64,000 bases of DNA, from positions 124,001 through 188,000 of the forward strand of contig JBHGNT010000009.1 of NCBI GenBank assembly GCA_043228905.1. The letters are read 5' to 3'. Below the pieces are notes generated by a model, which had not been told where the DNA came from, ran no database searches, and saw only the letters and a program-made list of their open reading frames with translations. A program made the position numbers and the translations under genes. This stretch comes from Azolla caroliniana (lineage: Eukaryota; Plantae; Polypodiophyta). Below, piece after piece: positions 50,440 to 64,000 of this stretch (the first letter of the stretch is position 1; each line of letters begins with the position of its first letter).

Positions 50440-53400
50440 TGACAACAAGTTGTAGACCCCATAGGTTCATATCGTTTTTTTACTTCATTCAGCAATGCAT
50501 TATGCAATGCTCTTGTACAAGTATTGGTTTGTAGAACCACCACCATCATTTTGTTTGAGAAGAGGGAACAATATGTATTTTGAGTGTTCAAACATGGATA
50601 TTGTTTACAATGGACATTTTATTAACGGATCATCAAAAGTATGATATAAAGGATAAAGCGCTGAAGCGCTGAGTGATAGACTTAGACCATTTGATAAGCT
50701 TATCATTGGTACCTTCCCCTTTTGATTGTGTGTGCTATAATGTGAATGAAGATAAGATATATTGTAGTCTTGAATTCACTACCAAAGTCTCAATTGACAA
50801 TCATTCTAAATGAGTCCATTGATTCACTTACCATATAAAAAGAAATGAGCATCATTTGAATGTGAGAATTCTGTCTTGGTGATTATAAGAAGAGCTTTAG
50901 GCTTTTTCATTTTGCTTAGTGTTACATGACTGTAGGTGTATTGTTTGGTTGTGATAATTCTTTTTGGTGATTATACGAGATTTAAGCTTTTCATATTGCT
51001 TACTGTTGCATGTTTGTAGGTATCAACATACCCCCCAAATTAAGGGAAGTAAATATGCTAGCATGTTGCCCCCGGCACATGGTGTAAATCACCATAGAAC
51101 CAAGGATAGTTATGGGTTGCAGGGCAAGTGTATAAGAGGATGATACTTTTAGTATATCATTATATATATGAAATGTCTCCTTGTCAAGGGTAGAAGATTG
51201 GTGCACGTGTCTAATTTCTAATATAAATTGAACCTTCATAAGCCAAGATCTTGATTTGCATATTTTGTGTCCCAACACCTCTTATGTCTTCTTTGAGATA
51301 TCTCCAATCATTGTACCTACCTCATTGTCCAAAAGCTCAACGGTTCATCACACTCATGCATATACCATTTCTCAATGATCACACCCCTTAGTTTATTATT
51401 GCTTTACTAGAAGTGTCTTCCATACTAGCATATAAACTTTTCATTATCTTATAGGAGTTGCCAAGCGACTAATGGCATACTATTTACTCTCTTGAGTATC
51501 AACAAAACTCGATCTAATATCAATAGGACAATTGGCAACCCTAAGGAGAATTTGGTTACAATGATTTTCCCATGTTTTTTACATGGCATACACTATTCCT
51601 TATTCATTCTAACTTTCATCCCCAATGGCCCTTTATTGCCTTGAGGTATGATTCAGTCCATCCTAATGTTGAGACCCTACTAGAGAAGCTTTGCATGCTC
51701 CAAACTTATCTTTAGAAACACTATTGTCGGTCCACACACCCTACCCCATCATGCTTACCAATGTCCATAGGAAGTTCACTCTAAGAATCGTAAGGGTATC
51801 ACAAGGTGTAAAATTAGGACTAAAGCTCACTCTTGACAAAAGCAAAAGGAGGCCCCTTAATCCATTCAATGAATCTCTTTAGCAATGTTCAAGTAAGCGA
51901 AGGAAAATTTTATATTCTAATGGCAAATGTCTATTCATGTTGGAAGAAAACAAGAGGACCCCCCCAAAAGGAGTAATATCCCCCTAAAAAGAAATCCTTC
52001 CTGCTCGCATCCTTTTCTTTATTGCTTTTTTTTCTATTCAGAGTGATTTGTTTCACTATGATATGATTCATTGTGATTGCATTTTCTCTTTTCCTTTATC
52101 TTAGCAAGAACCCACCAATCTCACAATTTTCCTCATATCTCAATAAGTGACATGAGTACGTGAGGAACTAGTGACTTGTCCCTATGACAAGCTTGATTAT
52201 TGATGCGTGTGGCCTTATAAGATGATTGGCTAAATTGATGATGTTGGTTTTCATTTGGAGCTTCCGCCATTAGTTCATCTTCAGTCGGTGTTCCATTCCC
52301 CTTTGTTGGGAATGTACACAGTGAATCCCTTTTCGGATCAAGTGTCTCTACCTCCACCACCAATTGAGACTGATGATCATGATGAGTTTGAGGTTTTCGG
52401 TGTTGAACTGGGACCTCAAATTCTTGAGATGTTGCCTTTGTTATTTATTATTACTTTGCATTTATATTCTTGATTCTTCATTATGTATATATCAAATCAC
52501 TTGATGATATTTTTAGAGTATTTCTTGCGTACTTTCATGCACTTTTTGTTCCTTGTTTTCTCATGGGCTCATAACAAGGAGGAGATTAATGGTACAACCC
52601 TAGAGCTCATACTAGAGCCCCTTAAAAAATGATGTAAAATTATTCACATATAATGTTTCAACAATTGCCTCATTTTATGTACTCTTGAGTTTTGATAAGC
52701 TTGAGTAATAGCCATTACACATAAAGTATGTGCCCTTGTAATTCTCCATGTATTTAGTGGAGTAATATTTCAAAATATATACAAATATTATCTATTGATC
52801 CATCATATTGACTTTTGATGAACTCCTTGGTCTCTTCACATTTGTTTACTTTCCTTGCAAAAGGTTCTAGTTCATTAGTGTTTGACATATAACTCATGAG
52901 TATGAGCCAAATACTTGTTATCTACATGGATGAGAACTAAACTATTTCCATATATTTGTAGATAATTTATGGTTGGATATTGTACACCTCTCTCTATGTT
53001 CTAGCTCTAGTTTATAAGGAAGAATGGTTCATGATGAGAACAATTAGCCAATCAAGGGAATTATTGGTTGATGCTTGTGGTCAAGTGGCCATCAAGATTT
53101 AACAACTAACTTCCATAGTGCATGAAAGAGATCTCTCCTACACATTACAAGACCACAAATATGATGGAGCTCCCTAGAGTGAGAAGCCTCGATGAATAGT
53201 CACAAAGTCTTTGATGTGATTGTATTGTTAACAATGAACTATTGGTCCTCCACTTGCTTGTTGTGGCTTGCCCTTTGTTGCTAGTAGATTACAACCACAT
53301 AATCCGTTACAACTTTGAATAACCTGTAGGAACAATATCAATTAATTGTGGGGAAATTATATTGGTAGATTTCCTATAGTTACACATGTTAAAACAAAAT

Positions 53401-53792
53401 TTTAGAAATTATGGGGTCGGTATGGAATCATCCAAAAAAATAAAGTAGTTTGTACATGCTAATTAGGTTTAGACGCTAGAAGTTGTATAGAGAAGTCAAT
53501 AATGGAGACAACCTCAATAAATAATTAGGGTGAGTGCGTATTATCTTCAAAGGATGGAATAGCAACACCCTTTTTTGCTATTTGCCCTTTGTGTTGTGTC
53601 ATTTAGCCTCCCTCCAACATTTATCCTTGAAAGTTCTCGTTTCATAGGTACATGATGAATATTGACGTTGTAATCCCTTGGTTGGCATTATCTCTCCCTA
53701 GCTATTAGGCTAAACACTAAGAGACCTATTTCTCTAGTTTCTTGCTCTTCTAATTCTTGTTAATTATCGCCTTGGCATACAAAGTTAGTCTT

Positions 53793-54183
53793 TACAACTT
53801 AGCATACATATCACCAATAAATAAAACTTTTCTTAACCTTGTACCCCAGGAAAAAAGGGGTTTTCATAGACTTTATCTACCATGAATCATGCTCATATAA
53901 TGGTTCTAACCATCATAAACTTAGCATGCATTTTATGATCACAGTTAAACAAACAAAAATTTGTTGCTTCTAGAACTTTGTTTTTGTCATACAACTTAGC
54001 ATACATATCACCAATAAATAAAACTTTTCTTAACCTTGTACCCCGGGAAAAAAGGGGTTTTCATAGACTTTATCTACCATGAATCATGCTCATATAATAG
54101 TTCTAACCATCATAAACTTAGCATGCATTTTATGATCACAGTTAAACAAACAAAAATTTGTTGCTTCTAGAACTTCGTTTTTG
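53793..54183. repeat. Tandem duplication, about 197 bp x2
   Basis: TACAACTTAGCATACATATCACC...CTAGAACTT starts at 53793 and 53990, with only a few substitutions. Confidence 0.93.
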
Positions 54184-55509
54184 AAATTTATACTGTTTAA
54201 TACATGAGACACACGCAACTTCATTTTTGCCTTTCTACTGAAAAGTATATGGTCCATTCATAATCCAAAATTTGTTGGACGGCCTTACCAATAAACATAG
54301 AATATCATGTTGTTAATGAAGATATAATTAGTTATCATATCCTTCTCAAAGATAGATGACGTCGTTATGATATTTTTCTGATATGCCCCACCCATAGTGA
54401 TTGGAAATCCTTTGAAGTAAATTGTTTATTTTGGACAAATGATTTTCATGACGATATCACAATCTTTCAAAAAGAGATGGATTTTAAACATATTTACAAT
54501 GTTAAGTGTGAGTGATGAGTACCTCCAATAAAAGTAAAAGAGACAAAATGCTCCTTTATGTGTCACGTTATGTTCTTAGTTTTTACATATATTCCTCAAT
54601 TGTTGGGATGTACACAATAATGCTTGCAGTGTACATAGATACGAGTACAAAAGAATTCTCTCCAAACGTCACTCAAATGAGAGTATGGAGAGCCGAATTT
54701 TCAATTCAAACGATTCCCTAGATGGTCGACAAGGGCCACGATGAACGTTTCTGTATAAGTCTAAGTGCAAATAATGAGTGGCCCCAATAGATTGGAAGGG
54801 AAGTTTAGGATATATACCTACAATAATGTCTTCTTTATTTCCCTAATACCTTTGTTCGCTTGTAGAGTAGCTTCTCTTATTCCCTACTACCTCAATATGC
54901 TTGCCACTCTTGTCCTCTAATTCATCGATTTCTCTAAATGGTTAAGATTTCATGGGTTAATGATAAGCTACCTTTGCTTTATTAATTCATGGAAGCATTT
55001 CATTTATACAAATAGAGGGATACCTCATTCGTAGTTTCCAAATGAGGTATTATTGTAAGCATATTTCTTGAGATGTCCGAGGTGGAGTGACATCACACGC
55101 AAAGTTCTTTATTCTCAAGGGCCTTCTTTTTATGCGTTGCAGTGGGAAGGCATCACTTTAAATCTGTTTCTCATCGACCTTGCAAAATAAAGGATACAAG
55201 CACACCTTGGTATCATATGTCAAGCAAGCCATGCCCAAGAAGTACACACACACACACACACATTGAGTCTCTCCCTCTCTCCCTCTCTCTCATACACACA
55301 CACACACACACATTCACTCTATTTTATTGTACTATGACTAACTCCCTAGTATTCTTAATTGTAGTAGATCAATCCAAGGAAGTGTGGAAACATGTGTTTT
55401 TTGCCAAGCCTTATGAGACAACCCAGTAAAAGTAGCGAACATGTATCGGTGTGCGGTTTATGTTTGAGTATTCTACCTTTAATTTAAAACGAGAGAGAGA
55501 GAGAGAGAG

Positions 55510-55552
<43 letters not shown>

Positions 55553-55975
55553 ATATAATAAGGTGGGAGAGGTACTTACGGATAGTATAATATATACATG
55601 TCCGAGGTAGTTCAACACTACATAGATATAGTTTGGGCTTCATTTTCAATGTATAATGACTTTGCAATATTAACAAGTCACTCTCATGTTAAGATGTGTT
55701 CTCTTGTACTCTTATTTTAAGAGCTGTATCCCCTCGTTTCCCGTCTCATAGGCCAATGTCTCGGACTAGTCTTAAAAGACGGTAATCTATCTATCTATCT
55801 ATTTATCTACCCATCTATCTATCTTTAGTGTACCAGAACCCATGTGAGGACATCAGGCTTTAATTAACACACACCCTACACAATCATCATCTTGTTGTCG
55901 TAGCGACCAATATAAATATCTAGATTTACACAACATTGATCGTATAGATTGTTTCTTCATGAGCACTAGTAGTGC

Positions 55976-57088
55976 ATGAACCAAAACCTTCACCACCAAA
56001 TGGCGCAATCGAAGTCCCTATGGAGTTGCTACCATGCCAATGATAGCTCTGCATCCCTAGGTGATGTTAGTGGTGACCCGAGCCTAGTAGTTAGTGGCCG
56101 TGACCCTGCGGCCGCCGAACTAGATGTAGCGGTATCAATACTTAGAGATGCGGAGACGAAGCGGGAGGCCAATGCGGCGGTTGAGATGAAGCAGGAGGCC
56201 GACGAGCATAGCTCAAATAAGATGACATTGCAATTAGGACATGGTGACTTGGTTACAGTAGATGGAGGAGGAAAAGATGAGTATAATGATGATGAGGATG
56301 AGGATGAGGATGGAGAAGCACATGATGACAAAGCTTCCTTAGAAGATCATAATGAGGCATCAGCTGCTGCTGATCTTGGGCCTTCTTCGGGCAGTGGTGG
56401 TGCGGGTGCGCGTAAATTTGAGTGCAATTTCTGCTTCCGCGAGTTCGCGAGCTCCCAAGCGTTGGGCGGGCATCAGAATGCTCACAAGAGGGAGAGGCAG
56501 CACGCGAAGCGAGTGGCCATAGAAGCTAGCAGAAGCATATCCCACAAGGCAGCGGCGCAGATGATGGCGGCCATGACTGCCAATGCTTCTGCTTCGGGCC
56601 GCGATGCCTATAACCAGGGCTATGTCCATAATAATCCCTTCTACTGCTACAACAACAGCAGGATTCCACAACGGGTGGCAGTATCGGTGTTGGTAGAACC
56701 ACATTCGGCACGCGTGTTCCGAGGTTCTGGAGCCGCCTTCGGAGCACCATCTCCGGCGAGCTATCCTGCATCATCTTCATCATCATTGTCATACCATTGC
56801 TTGCATCCGGCCCGGCCAACAATTCCGGGTGTTAACTACAACAATAATTACCTAAATCATGTATCCCAAGACCTGGTCGACCTCGATTCTCACCATGTTT
56901 CGCCCCACCAATCGCTTCTGAGCCATGGTTTTCATAATGTTCATCGCCAATATTTTGCTTCATCTCGTGCCGATACCCACCTTTCTGCACATACCACTAT
57001 TGATAAACCGTCTAATCCCTTAAATGATGATAATCATCATCAGCAACCTATAGCCTTTGTAGACCTCAACCTTAAGCTTGGTCTCTAA
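55976..57088 (+). CDS. Single-finger QALGGH C2H2 zinc-finger transcription factor with EAR motif (ZFP/GIS-like), 370 aa
   Basis: Intact ORF containing [29 protein letters not shown] and C-terminal VDLNLKLGL (DLNxxL/LxLxL repression motif). Confidence 0.93.
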   Translation: MNQNLHHQMAQSKSLWSCYHANDSSASLGDVSGDPSLVVSGRDPAAAELDVAVSILRDAETKREANAAVEMKQEADEHSSNKMTLQLGHGDLVTVDGGGKDEYNDDEDEDEDGEAHDDKASLEDHNEASAAADLGPSSGSGGAGARKFECNFCFREFASSQALGGHQNAHKRERQHAKRVAIEASRSISHKAAAQMMAAMTANASASGRDAYNQGYVHNNPFYCYNNSRIPQRVAVSVLVEPHSARVFRGSGAAFGAPSPASYPASSSSSLSYHCLHPARPTIPGVNYNNNYLNHVSQDLVDLDSHHVSPHQSLLSHGFHNVHRQYFASSRADTHLSAHTTIDKPSNPLNDDNHHQQPIAFVDLNLKLGL

Positions 57089-58299
57089 TAATCATTGCAT
57101 ATAATTTAATGAATCAGATTATACACAGACACACACACACACACACACATGGAATTGTGATACATTGTATGATTTGCAGAATTCTGCCAATCTTTTCGAG
57201 TGTTTCAGCAGTACTCTTCTCTCTTTATATATTCTCAACGATTGAGTGGGCGTTGCTTTTGAATGGAGTACTTGCGAGTAATTTAAATTCGACTTAGAGG
57301 TCAGAGGAATTTGTAGCAGGGAATGTTCAATCAGAAATCTAAATTATGTTGAGAACCACTCATTTGTGGAACAAAAATTCGATGGCGCAATTAAAATGGA
57401 GAAACCATTTTGGTAATTTAGTAACACAACTCGATATGGATCTACATAATGGCAGGAAAACAACGAGTCTGGTGAGTTTTAATTGAACAGTACGCAAAGA
57501 AAGGATTAATAACGAAAAACAATAGCTCCAAAGCACATCAAGTTTTAACGAAAGTAGTTAAGAGGGATTGACAACAAGAAGTTACGGTCAATTGTTTCAT
57601 TGTCATGGACAAGATCATGTATTGCAGATTTTAAGTAGAGCAGTTTATGCGTGTGAGGAGTGGGCCATCGGAACCCCCAAGGTTCTTCATCTTCTTCTTT
57701 TGCAGTATCAAACTATGTCTTTGGTGGTGTTCTTATACTGTTGGGTTTAGTGATTAGTGTTTGTTTTTACTCATGTTTCATTTCTTAAACTCTGAGTTCA
57801 TACAAAATAAGACCTTGTTGTCCTTTTATTTTGGTGACAGTGGATAGGTTTCTGGACTTGGTTGTATGATTTATTTTCTTCTCTCCAACAGGCTTTTCCA
57901 CGTTACATTGTGATGTATTGTGTTGTTTCTCATAAATAGGCTCTTGTATCAGAATACCTTTGCTTCCTATCAATTGGCAAAATGCTGGCGACATTTCAAA
58001 ACATCAGATGGACTAGATCATGAAAATGATAAGTCGGAATTTAACGTAATATAGAGATGTTTACTGAACTCCTGGTCATGAAAACAAATAGATTGGGTAT
58101 TTAGCTAAGGTATCGAGCCAAGTTAATCGATCCAAAAAGCAAGGCATGAGAGATTAGGCTAGTTTTGGACACTACTCCCAAATGATTCTCTTTCAAACTA
58201 GAATAACCTGAGGGGAAATGTTTTTTGAAGAAACTGTCATACAAGTTTCACACTAACACCACCAAATTAAGGGATCCTATTTGGCATCCCCAGGAAAGA

Positions 58300-58800
58300 T
58301 CATTCTAAAGGTAGGAGATATATAATGATAAGGTTTCAATAAAGTCTATCTAAACCTTAGCCACCTCCAAATACAGATTTATACCTGTGACATGCCACTT
58401 CTTACAAGACCAATATTAAATTTCAATTTCATTTTCTAATGCAGAATAATTACATGATAATGTGGACATGAAGAGTGGAAACAACATTGTGATGCATTTA
58501 GGGTGGGCACCTAGAGTCGACATTACATATGTGGTAGGAGTAGTTAGCAAATTCATGTCTAACCTTGACATGAAGAAGCATTGAGAGGAAGTTCAGAACA
58601 TAATGCTAACATAATTTAGTGGAACAGAAGACCAAGGGTGTTTGTGCTTGATGTGAATAAAACAACTAAAGTCGAAATTTCAAGTTCTGACTATTCCGAG
58701 AATGTATGGAAAGACTACCAAACTCAACATTGGATATGTATTTCAGTATTATGGAAATTGAGAACTAAAGAGTGCATAACAATTCCAACAATGGAAGTGG
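58300..58800 (+). mobile_element. Degenerate Ty1/copia RT-RNase H relic
   Basis: RVDITYVVGVVSKFMSN..KKH*EEVQNIM at about 58512-58605 resembles the copia consensus [27 protein letters not shown]. Confidence 0.7.
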
Positions 58801-59449
58801 ATTACCCATGACTTACTTCGGCTCTTGTTGTAGAGTTATGCGGATCACTGTCCCATTTTCTTTGTTATCTTCGTAACAAGCCTATCAAGTGGAAGATGGG
58901 AAATTTACACAATTGTATCTATGTTGTGGTATTGTGAGGGCCATGTAATTAGAGTTTCTATGTGTAACAATCATATAATTGTGCAAAAGCTTTTCCATCA
59001 TTCATGCTAATTAGTACATTGGCTATATTCTAGATGTTTCTACCTTCTGAGCTACTACTTTGTGCATGCTTGCATGCATGTTTCATTGTTAATCTTCAAC
59101 TTAGTTTCTACTTTGTGTAGAAGCTATTCAATAATCCTTGCAAGTCCGACAACAAACAACACTTGGGGTTTTGTGGCTCATTTGTTAGTTTTGAGTATTT
59201 GTGAAGCACCACTATTATAATAACTAGGAAAATATAAGGACAAATGGGGACAACTGGCCATTTTCGAGGGAAGGAAATACTGTAAGCAAGAGTGTGCCAG
59301 ATGTAGTTTACTCAGATGAATGAGGTTGCAGCAGTAATGCTTCAGTCAATTGATAGACACCAAATTTATGTCACATCCTTTCATATCTACTACTCAAGGA
59401 GAAACAGAGAAATATCTTTCCTTGTGTTCATAAATGGGTAGCTCAAAAC

Positions 59450-60540
59450 CTAATGGCTGCTCCAAAAACACCCTCTTCCTTGAGATAGCTATTCAGAAAA
59501 TCATACTAGAGTCATCCCTTTGATATATCTCACTGTTCTACATTGCAGGCACTATCAGGACCACTTGGATCTTCTCACACCTTGTGCCCGGAGTGATTAA
59601 CCTTCTTGTCAAGTTGATCCACTAAGTCCCCAGCCTAGTTTATGAGCGAAAGTACTCTTCATGTTTGACCCACATAATCACTATCCACCTCGAATCCAAG
59701 GAAGTTTGTAAAAACAAACCAGGTAAGTTAAACACCCCCAATAGAATGGTATGAATTTAACACATTATGAGTTGGAGATGAATCTATAATCTACAAGAAA
59801 AAGAGGATTCTAGAGTGTGAATGAAAGTGGTGATGAAGAAACATTGTGGAGACTCAATTGAATGTCTGCTGCTGCGAGAGGGTCAAATCGAAAATGGAGT
59901 GCATGGAGCTATAAATCCTTCCGTTAAAAGCCAACATAGTGATGAAGCTTGGTGTTACCTGTTGGTGGAGTCTTCCTGAGCACTTCTCCAGAATCTTTTG
60001 TGACTGAGATTGAAGACAACTTTTGTTGAATGTGACAAACTCCATATAACCTACAACATGGTTCTCAAGCAGCCATTACTTATGAATTGGAATTCCATTA
60101 CTTCATTGTTTTATGTTTATTAGGATGAGCAAGTACTCATCAAGCCAGACTGCAAAGGGGATGTAAAAGAAATCCTGACATCGCCATAACAATGAACCTC
60201 ACTTCGTTAACAAACTCTATAACCTACAACAACACTCTCAATCAAGCTGCCACAACTTATTCATGGGACTTCCTCTACCTCCCTTTTCTTATACTTACAC
60301 AGCTAGGATGAGTCAGTACACCTTGATCAATTCATTCATGACATCTCAAGAGATTGAAGCCATCACTGAAAGTCATGCATTGTGACATCTGTTCTTCAAG
60401 TTCTGTCTGGCCCAAGAGTAATTCTCCATCTACTTGTGGTAGCTCCATTGTCCTCTTCTTTAATTGTAGTAGTTTCATTCCCAACTCATAGCCCTTGATT
60501 TGATGGAGGTTCACAATGACCAAGTTTCCCAACACTTGAT
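59450..60540 (-). pseudogene. Unidentified decayed multi-exon gene fragment
   Basis: Coding-like frames are interrupted by TGA/TAG/TAA codons that restore to CGA/CAG/CAA. A phase-compatible donor at 60321 pairs with an acceptor at 60051. No family recognised. Confidence 0.4.
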
Positions 60541-61336
60541 GACCACTAAGAAGTTGAGCGGACATGCCATGCCAACTATGTTTTGCCTTAATTATCGTGA
60601 TGTATCTATCTATCAATGTTCGCCTTTGCCGGATAAGAGAAAGAAGACATGATCAAGTGGCATGTGTCATTCTTGCAACTATGCCAAGAAATGACAATGC
60701 CCCCACATTGTTCTACGAATCTTGTACGTGCACATCATTGAGTATGATCGTGGTTGTAAAGGTTTTTGGTTACTACATGACCCTACTCCAAGCTTTATTA
60801 GCCCTCGTACAAGTTTACGACTATGTCATAGACTTCCATGCTGTAGGTAAAATCAATTGAAGAGCCAAAATTTGCTTCATAGTCCTTACCAAGTTTGGGG
60901 GATTGGAGGTCTTCAAGGCACCGCCCCTAAATAACACATGGTGACCACGTAATGAAATGGATACTACTGAAACAAAGTTAATGTCAATCGTATGTGGTGG
61001 AGCATGATGGTAGGAAGGAAGTAATTGGTGGCAATGACAATCATTGGGCACATGATGAGTAGTGACAACTAAAGCATGGTGTTGATTGTGATGGTTACAA
61101 CACATGGAAACCATGTGGTGTTACCTCCATGACCATAATGATAGAAATGAAGCTAATGAAAGAGAGAAGTCAAAGAGAAGAGAAGAGTCATAATAGTGGT
61201 AGTATCATCCAAGATGTACTTATAACTATACAAACCTACTTTAGTTGTTGTAAATAGAAACACACTAATGTTCGACATTAACAAAAATGACTTCTCTCTC
61301 AAGGTCTAACAATCACAAGAGCTAACCAACAAAAAC

Positions 61337-61860
61337 TTGAGGGGGTTTACGGATTGGCTTTGGTTGGGGAAGTCATCCGTAGACTTGAACAACATAATAA
61401 TAATTTTTTGTTGGAGAAGGATGTGATATGGCAGGAGGAAGCATTTTATCTATTTCTATTAGACTGGACATTGAGGGGGTTTAAGGATCAGCTTTGCTTG
61501 GGGAAGTCATCCATATACCTAAAAAGCATAATAATGCGCTTTGTTGAAGGATGAGGTTATGGGAGCAGGAAGTATTTCTATTGAGTGACATGGAGGTTTA
61601 TTTTATATGTTTCATAACTTACTTCGTTTTGGTTGACAGATTTTATTGTGTAATTGATGGACTACGGTGCACTATCGTTGTGCAATTACCATAGCCAGAT
61701 GTTGATGGTGGATGAAGCTACTAGTACTATTAGACTAGATATTGAGGGGGGGGTTTAAGGCTTGACTTTGCTTGGGGAAGTCATCCACAAACTTGAACAA
61801 CATAAAAATAATTTTGTGTTGGACAAGGATGATGATATGGGAGGAGGACGCATTTTTTAT
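61337..61860. repeat. Three diverged direct copies of a roughly 110-130 bp unit
   Basis: TTGAGGGGGTTTA..CTTTG.TTGGGGAAGTCATCC occurs at about 61337, 61471 and 61742. Confidence 0.8.
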
Positions 61861-62079
61861 GGAGTGTCAAGGACGTTGGATACATTAGTTGTACGCTACT
61901 AGGAAGTTGTCCTTATAGGAAAATCTTTTTAGTCTAAGTTAGTGGTAGAGATGGATGATGTTAATGGACGATGAAGTAGTTCTAGGGTGTGATAGGGAGG
62001 CTTGATCATGTTTTCATTTACTTTTCAAATTTGGGGAGCGGTTTTCTCATTTTTCTGGTAAGGATGAGTCGAGTCAAAC

Positions 62080-63760
62080 GGTGTTGTATTAGGATGTATA
62101 CATTTGGTAACAAGTCTTCTGTGTTGCTAACTATGGGCATGCTGAAGAAGGATTGAAATTAGCAATCGGCAACGGATCGGTTTGAACCGAATTGAACCGC
62201 TAAACCGCGGTTTAACGACTCAGTGGTTTCATTCGGTTCGGTTCAGGTTTAGGTTTTTATTAACGGTTCGGTTCGGTTTCAACAGACAAAAACCGTTATT
62301 TAAACGGTTTAATAGTTTTTTCTTTTAATTTGTTTTTAAACAATCTTTTCATTTTTAGACCTTATTCTCACATTTTAGGAACATCTTAAAAAAATTTTAA
62401 AAAAATTTAAATGAAATATTATAAATTTTTAAAAATTAAAAATTTGACCTATGTTGAAAACCGAAACCAAACCATGAAACCGCGGTTTTTACGGTTTAAT
62501 GGTTTAAAGATTTGAAAAATGTTTAACGGTTTCGTGGTTTGGTTCGGTTTGGTTCAGGTTTCAAAAAATTTAAGCGGTTCGATTTGGACCCCCTCAAACC
62601 GAACCGTTGCCGATTGTTAATTGAAATGGTTCAAAGGTAGGAGCTATGAGGGCTTATCTCAAGACGCAACTACTTTGGTTTCTTTCTAAGGAATAGCTTG
62701 CTGCAATGCGTTGATTGTAAATTATGTTGAACATGAACATGAGCATGCTAAAGAAGCATTGAAATGGTTCATATCTATGTATCATGGAATTCATTTATTG
62801 CAGGATATGTTGAATATGGACATTTTAGTGATGTTTTCAAATGTATTCAGCAAATGAAGTTGGAAGACATTGTTCCAAAGGTTGTACCATATTTCTGATG
62901 CTTGAAAGCATGTGGAAGAGTAGGAGGGTTGAGAAAGTACAAAGACTGAGGCAAAGATTGTATGGGATTGTATGGCAAAGTGATATTTGTATTGAGAATA
63001 GTGTGATAGGGAAGTATGATAGGTGTTGATCTCTGTTAAATGCACAAGATGTATTTGTACTCTTGCAAATAGAGATGTTCTCTTGTGGAATGTATCTATT
63101 ACAGGATATGTTGATCATGACCCAACTGAGTTTTTTTGTGGTTTATTTGGTGAGGCACAAGAAATATTTTCAAAGCTTCAATTTAGAGATACAGGGATGT
63201 GGAATACAATGATTTTGGCCTTGGGAGTTTTTTGTTTTAAATTTCAAGAGATCGTCGCCTCGATTTATAGTCTCTTGGAATGCATTGTTCATCGACCTAG
63301 CTCAGAACTAGCTATATACTGAATTTCACAATCTGATAGGGTCTTTGTTTATTTCAAGTTAAGGATCATATTGTTAGAAGGGGATTTCTGAGAAGGATGT
63401 AATGTTGGGTGAGGCATTGGTAGATAGGTATGTGAACTGTGGTATGCGGTGAGCTGAAGGCTTTTCGAAACACTGGATTTAGTGTAAAAGGGGAAAATAT
63501 TCATGATGAGAGTATAAATAAAGGTCTCTTCATGGAGGAGGATATCGTGCTTAACAATGCTTTGGTGAATGCAAAAGAAGGATTGGAAAAAGATCCTTTT
63601 GTTGGTGCCGTAAATGTGGAACAATAATTGAAGCCTGAGAGCTTTTTGAGACGTTATTGCTCAATATAGCCTGGTACAATGGCCTGCCCTGTTATTGGGC
63701 TATATTGAGCATGATAAGGAGGATGTTATACAACTCTATCCTCGAATGCTTGTGCAAGGT
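62080..63760 (+). pseudogene. PLS-class pentatricopeptide repeat (PPR) pseudogene
   Basis: Decayed PPR motifs YGHAEEGLKWF..EGLSQDATT (split by the MITE), RDVLLWNVSITGYVDH, EAQEIFSKLQFRDTGMWNTMILA and KGENIHDE..EEDIVLNNALV, with many stops and frameshifts. Confidence 0.8.
62160..62619. mobile_element. Non-autonomous hAT-superfamily element (MITE), 460 bp
   Basis: 8-bp TSD ATTGAAAT at 62152-62159 and 62620-62627. TIRs TAGCAATCGGCAACGG / CCGTTGCCGATTGTTA have one mismatch in 16. Many subterminal AACCG/CGGTT motifs surround an AT-rich core. Confidence 0.93.
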
Positions 63761-64000
63761 CTCTAACTACTATGATGATATTTTTAGATGTTGAGATGGA
63801 TCTTAGTTAAATGAAAGATCTATGGCTAGCCATTGAGATAGTCATTTCTTTTCCATCTATTTTGTAGTTTGTAGCTGATATGTTTTTTGAAAACTAATGG
63901 AATGATATTTTGTTTTGAAATAAAATAAAATAAAATGGAGTATGTCAATGAGCAATTATACCTCCAAGATTAAAAGCCTATACAACTACTCTCTTGCCTC

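Noticed and set aside
55020-55050. 10-bp inverted repeat ATACCTCATT..AATGAGGTAT
   Set aside because: Too short for a miRNA precursor or MITE and could arise by chance in 64 kb of AT-rich DNA.
59549-59722. + strand segment with good splice signals (TTGCAG..CAG|GTAAGT)
   Set aside because: All three frames contain stops; the - strand reading is more coding-like.

Overview
AT-rich, intron-containing nuclear DNA from a land plant. The PLS-type PPR relic, RTEX-like LINEs and dense (CT)n/(CA)n microsatellites suggest a non-seed plant such as a fern, but that is inference. Host genes: a DUF868 protein (-), a multi-exon beta-carbonic anhydrase with a possible MGC N-terminus (-), an intronless group IIe-like WRKY (+), a DCN1/AAR3-like gene that looks damaged (-), a 4-exon plastid-targeted HMA-like protein (+) and a QALGGH C2H2 zinc finger with an EAR motif (+). 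Mobile DNA: a near-complete L1/Tx1-type LINE joined to a fragment of a related family, a 5'-truncated copy of that family with poly(A) and an 18-bp TSD, two tandem RTEX-like LINEs sharing a 3' hairpin plus an older relic, Ty3/gypsy and Ty1/copia relics, and a 460-bp hAT MITE inside a PPR pseudogene. I see no convincing wholly new biological system. The best leads are the RTEX-like 3' stem-loop, the putatively acylated beta-CA, the LINE-abutted AAR3-like gene and an unidentified decayed pseudogene. All exon structures were read by eye.
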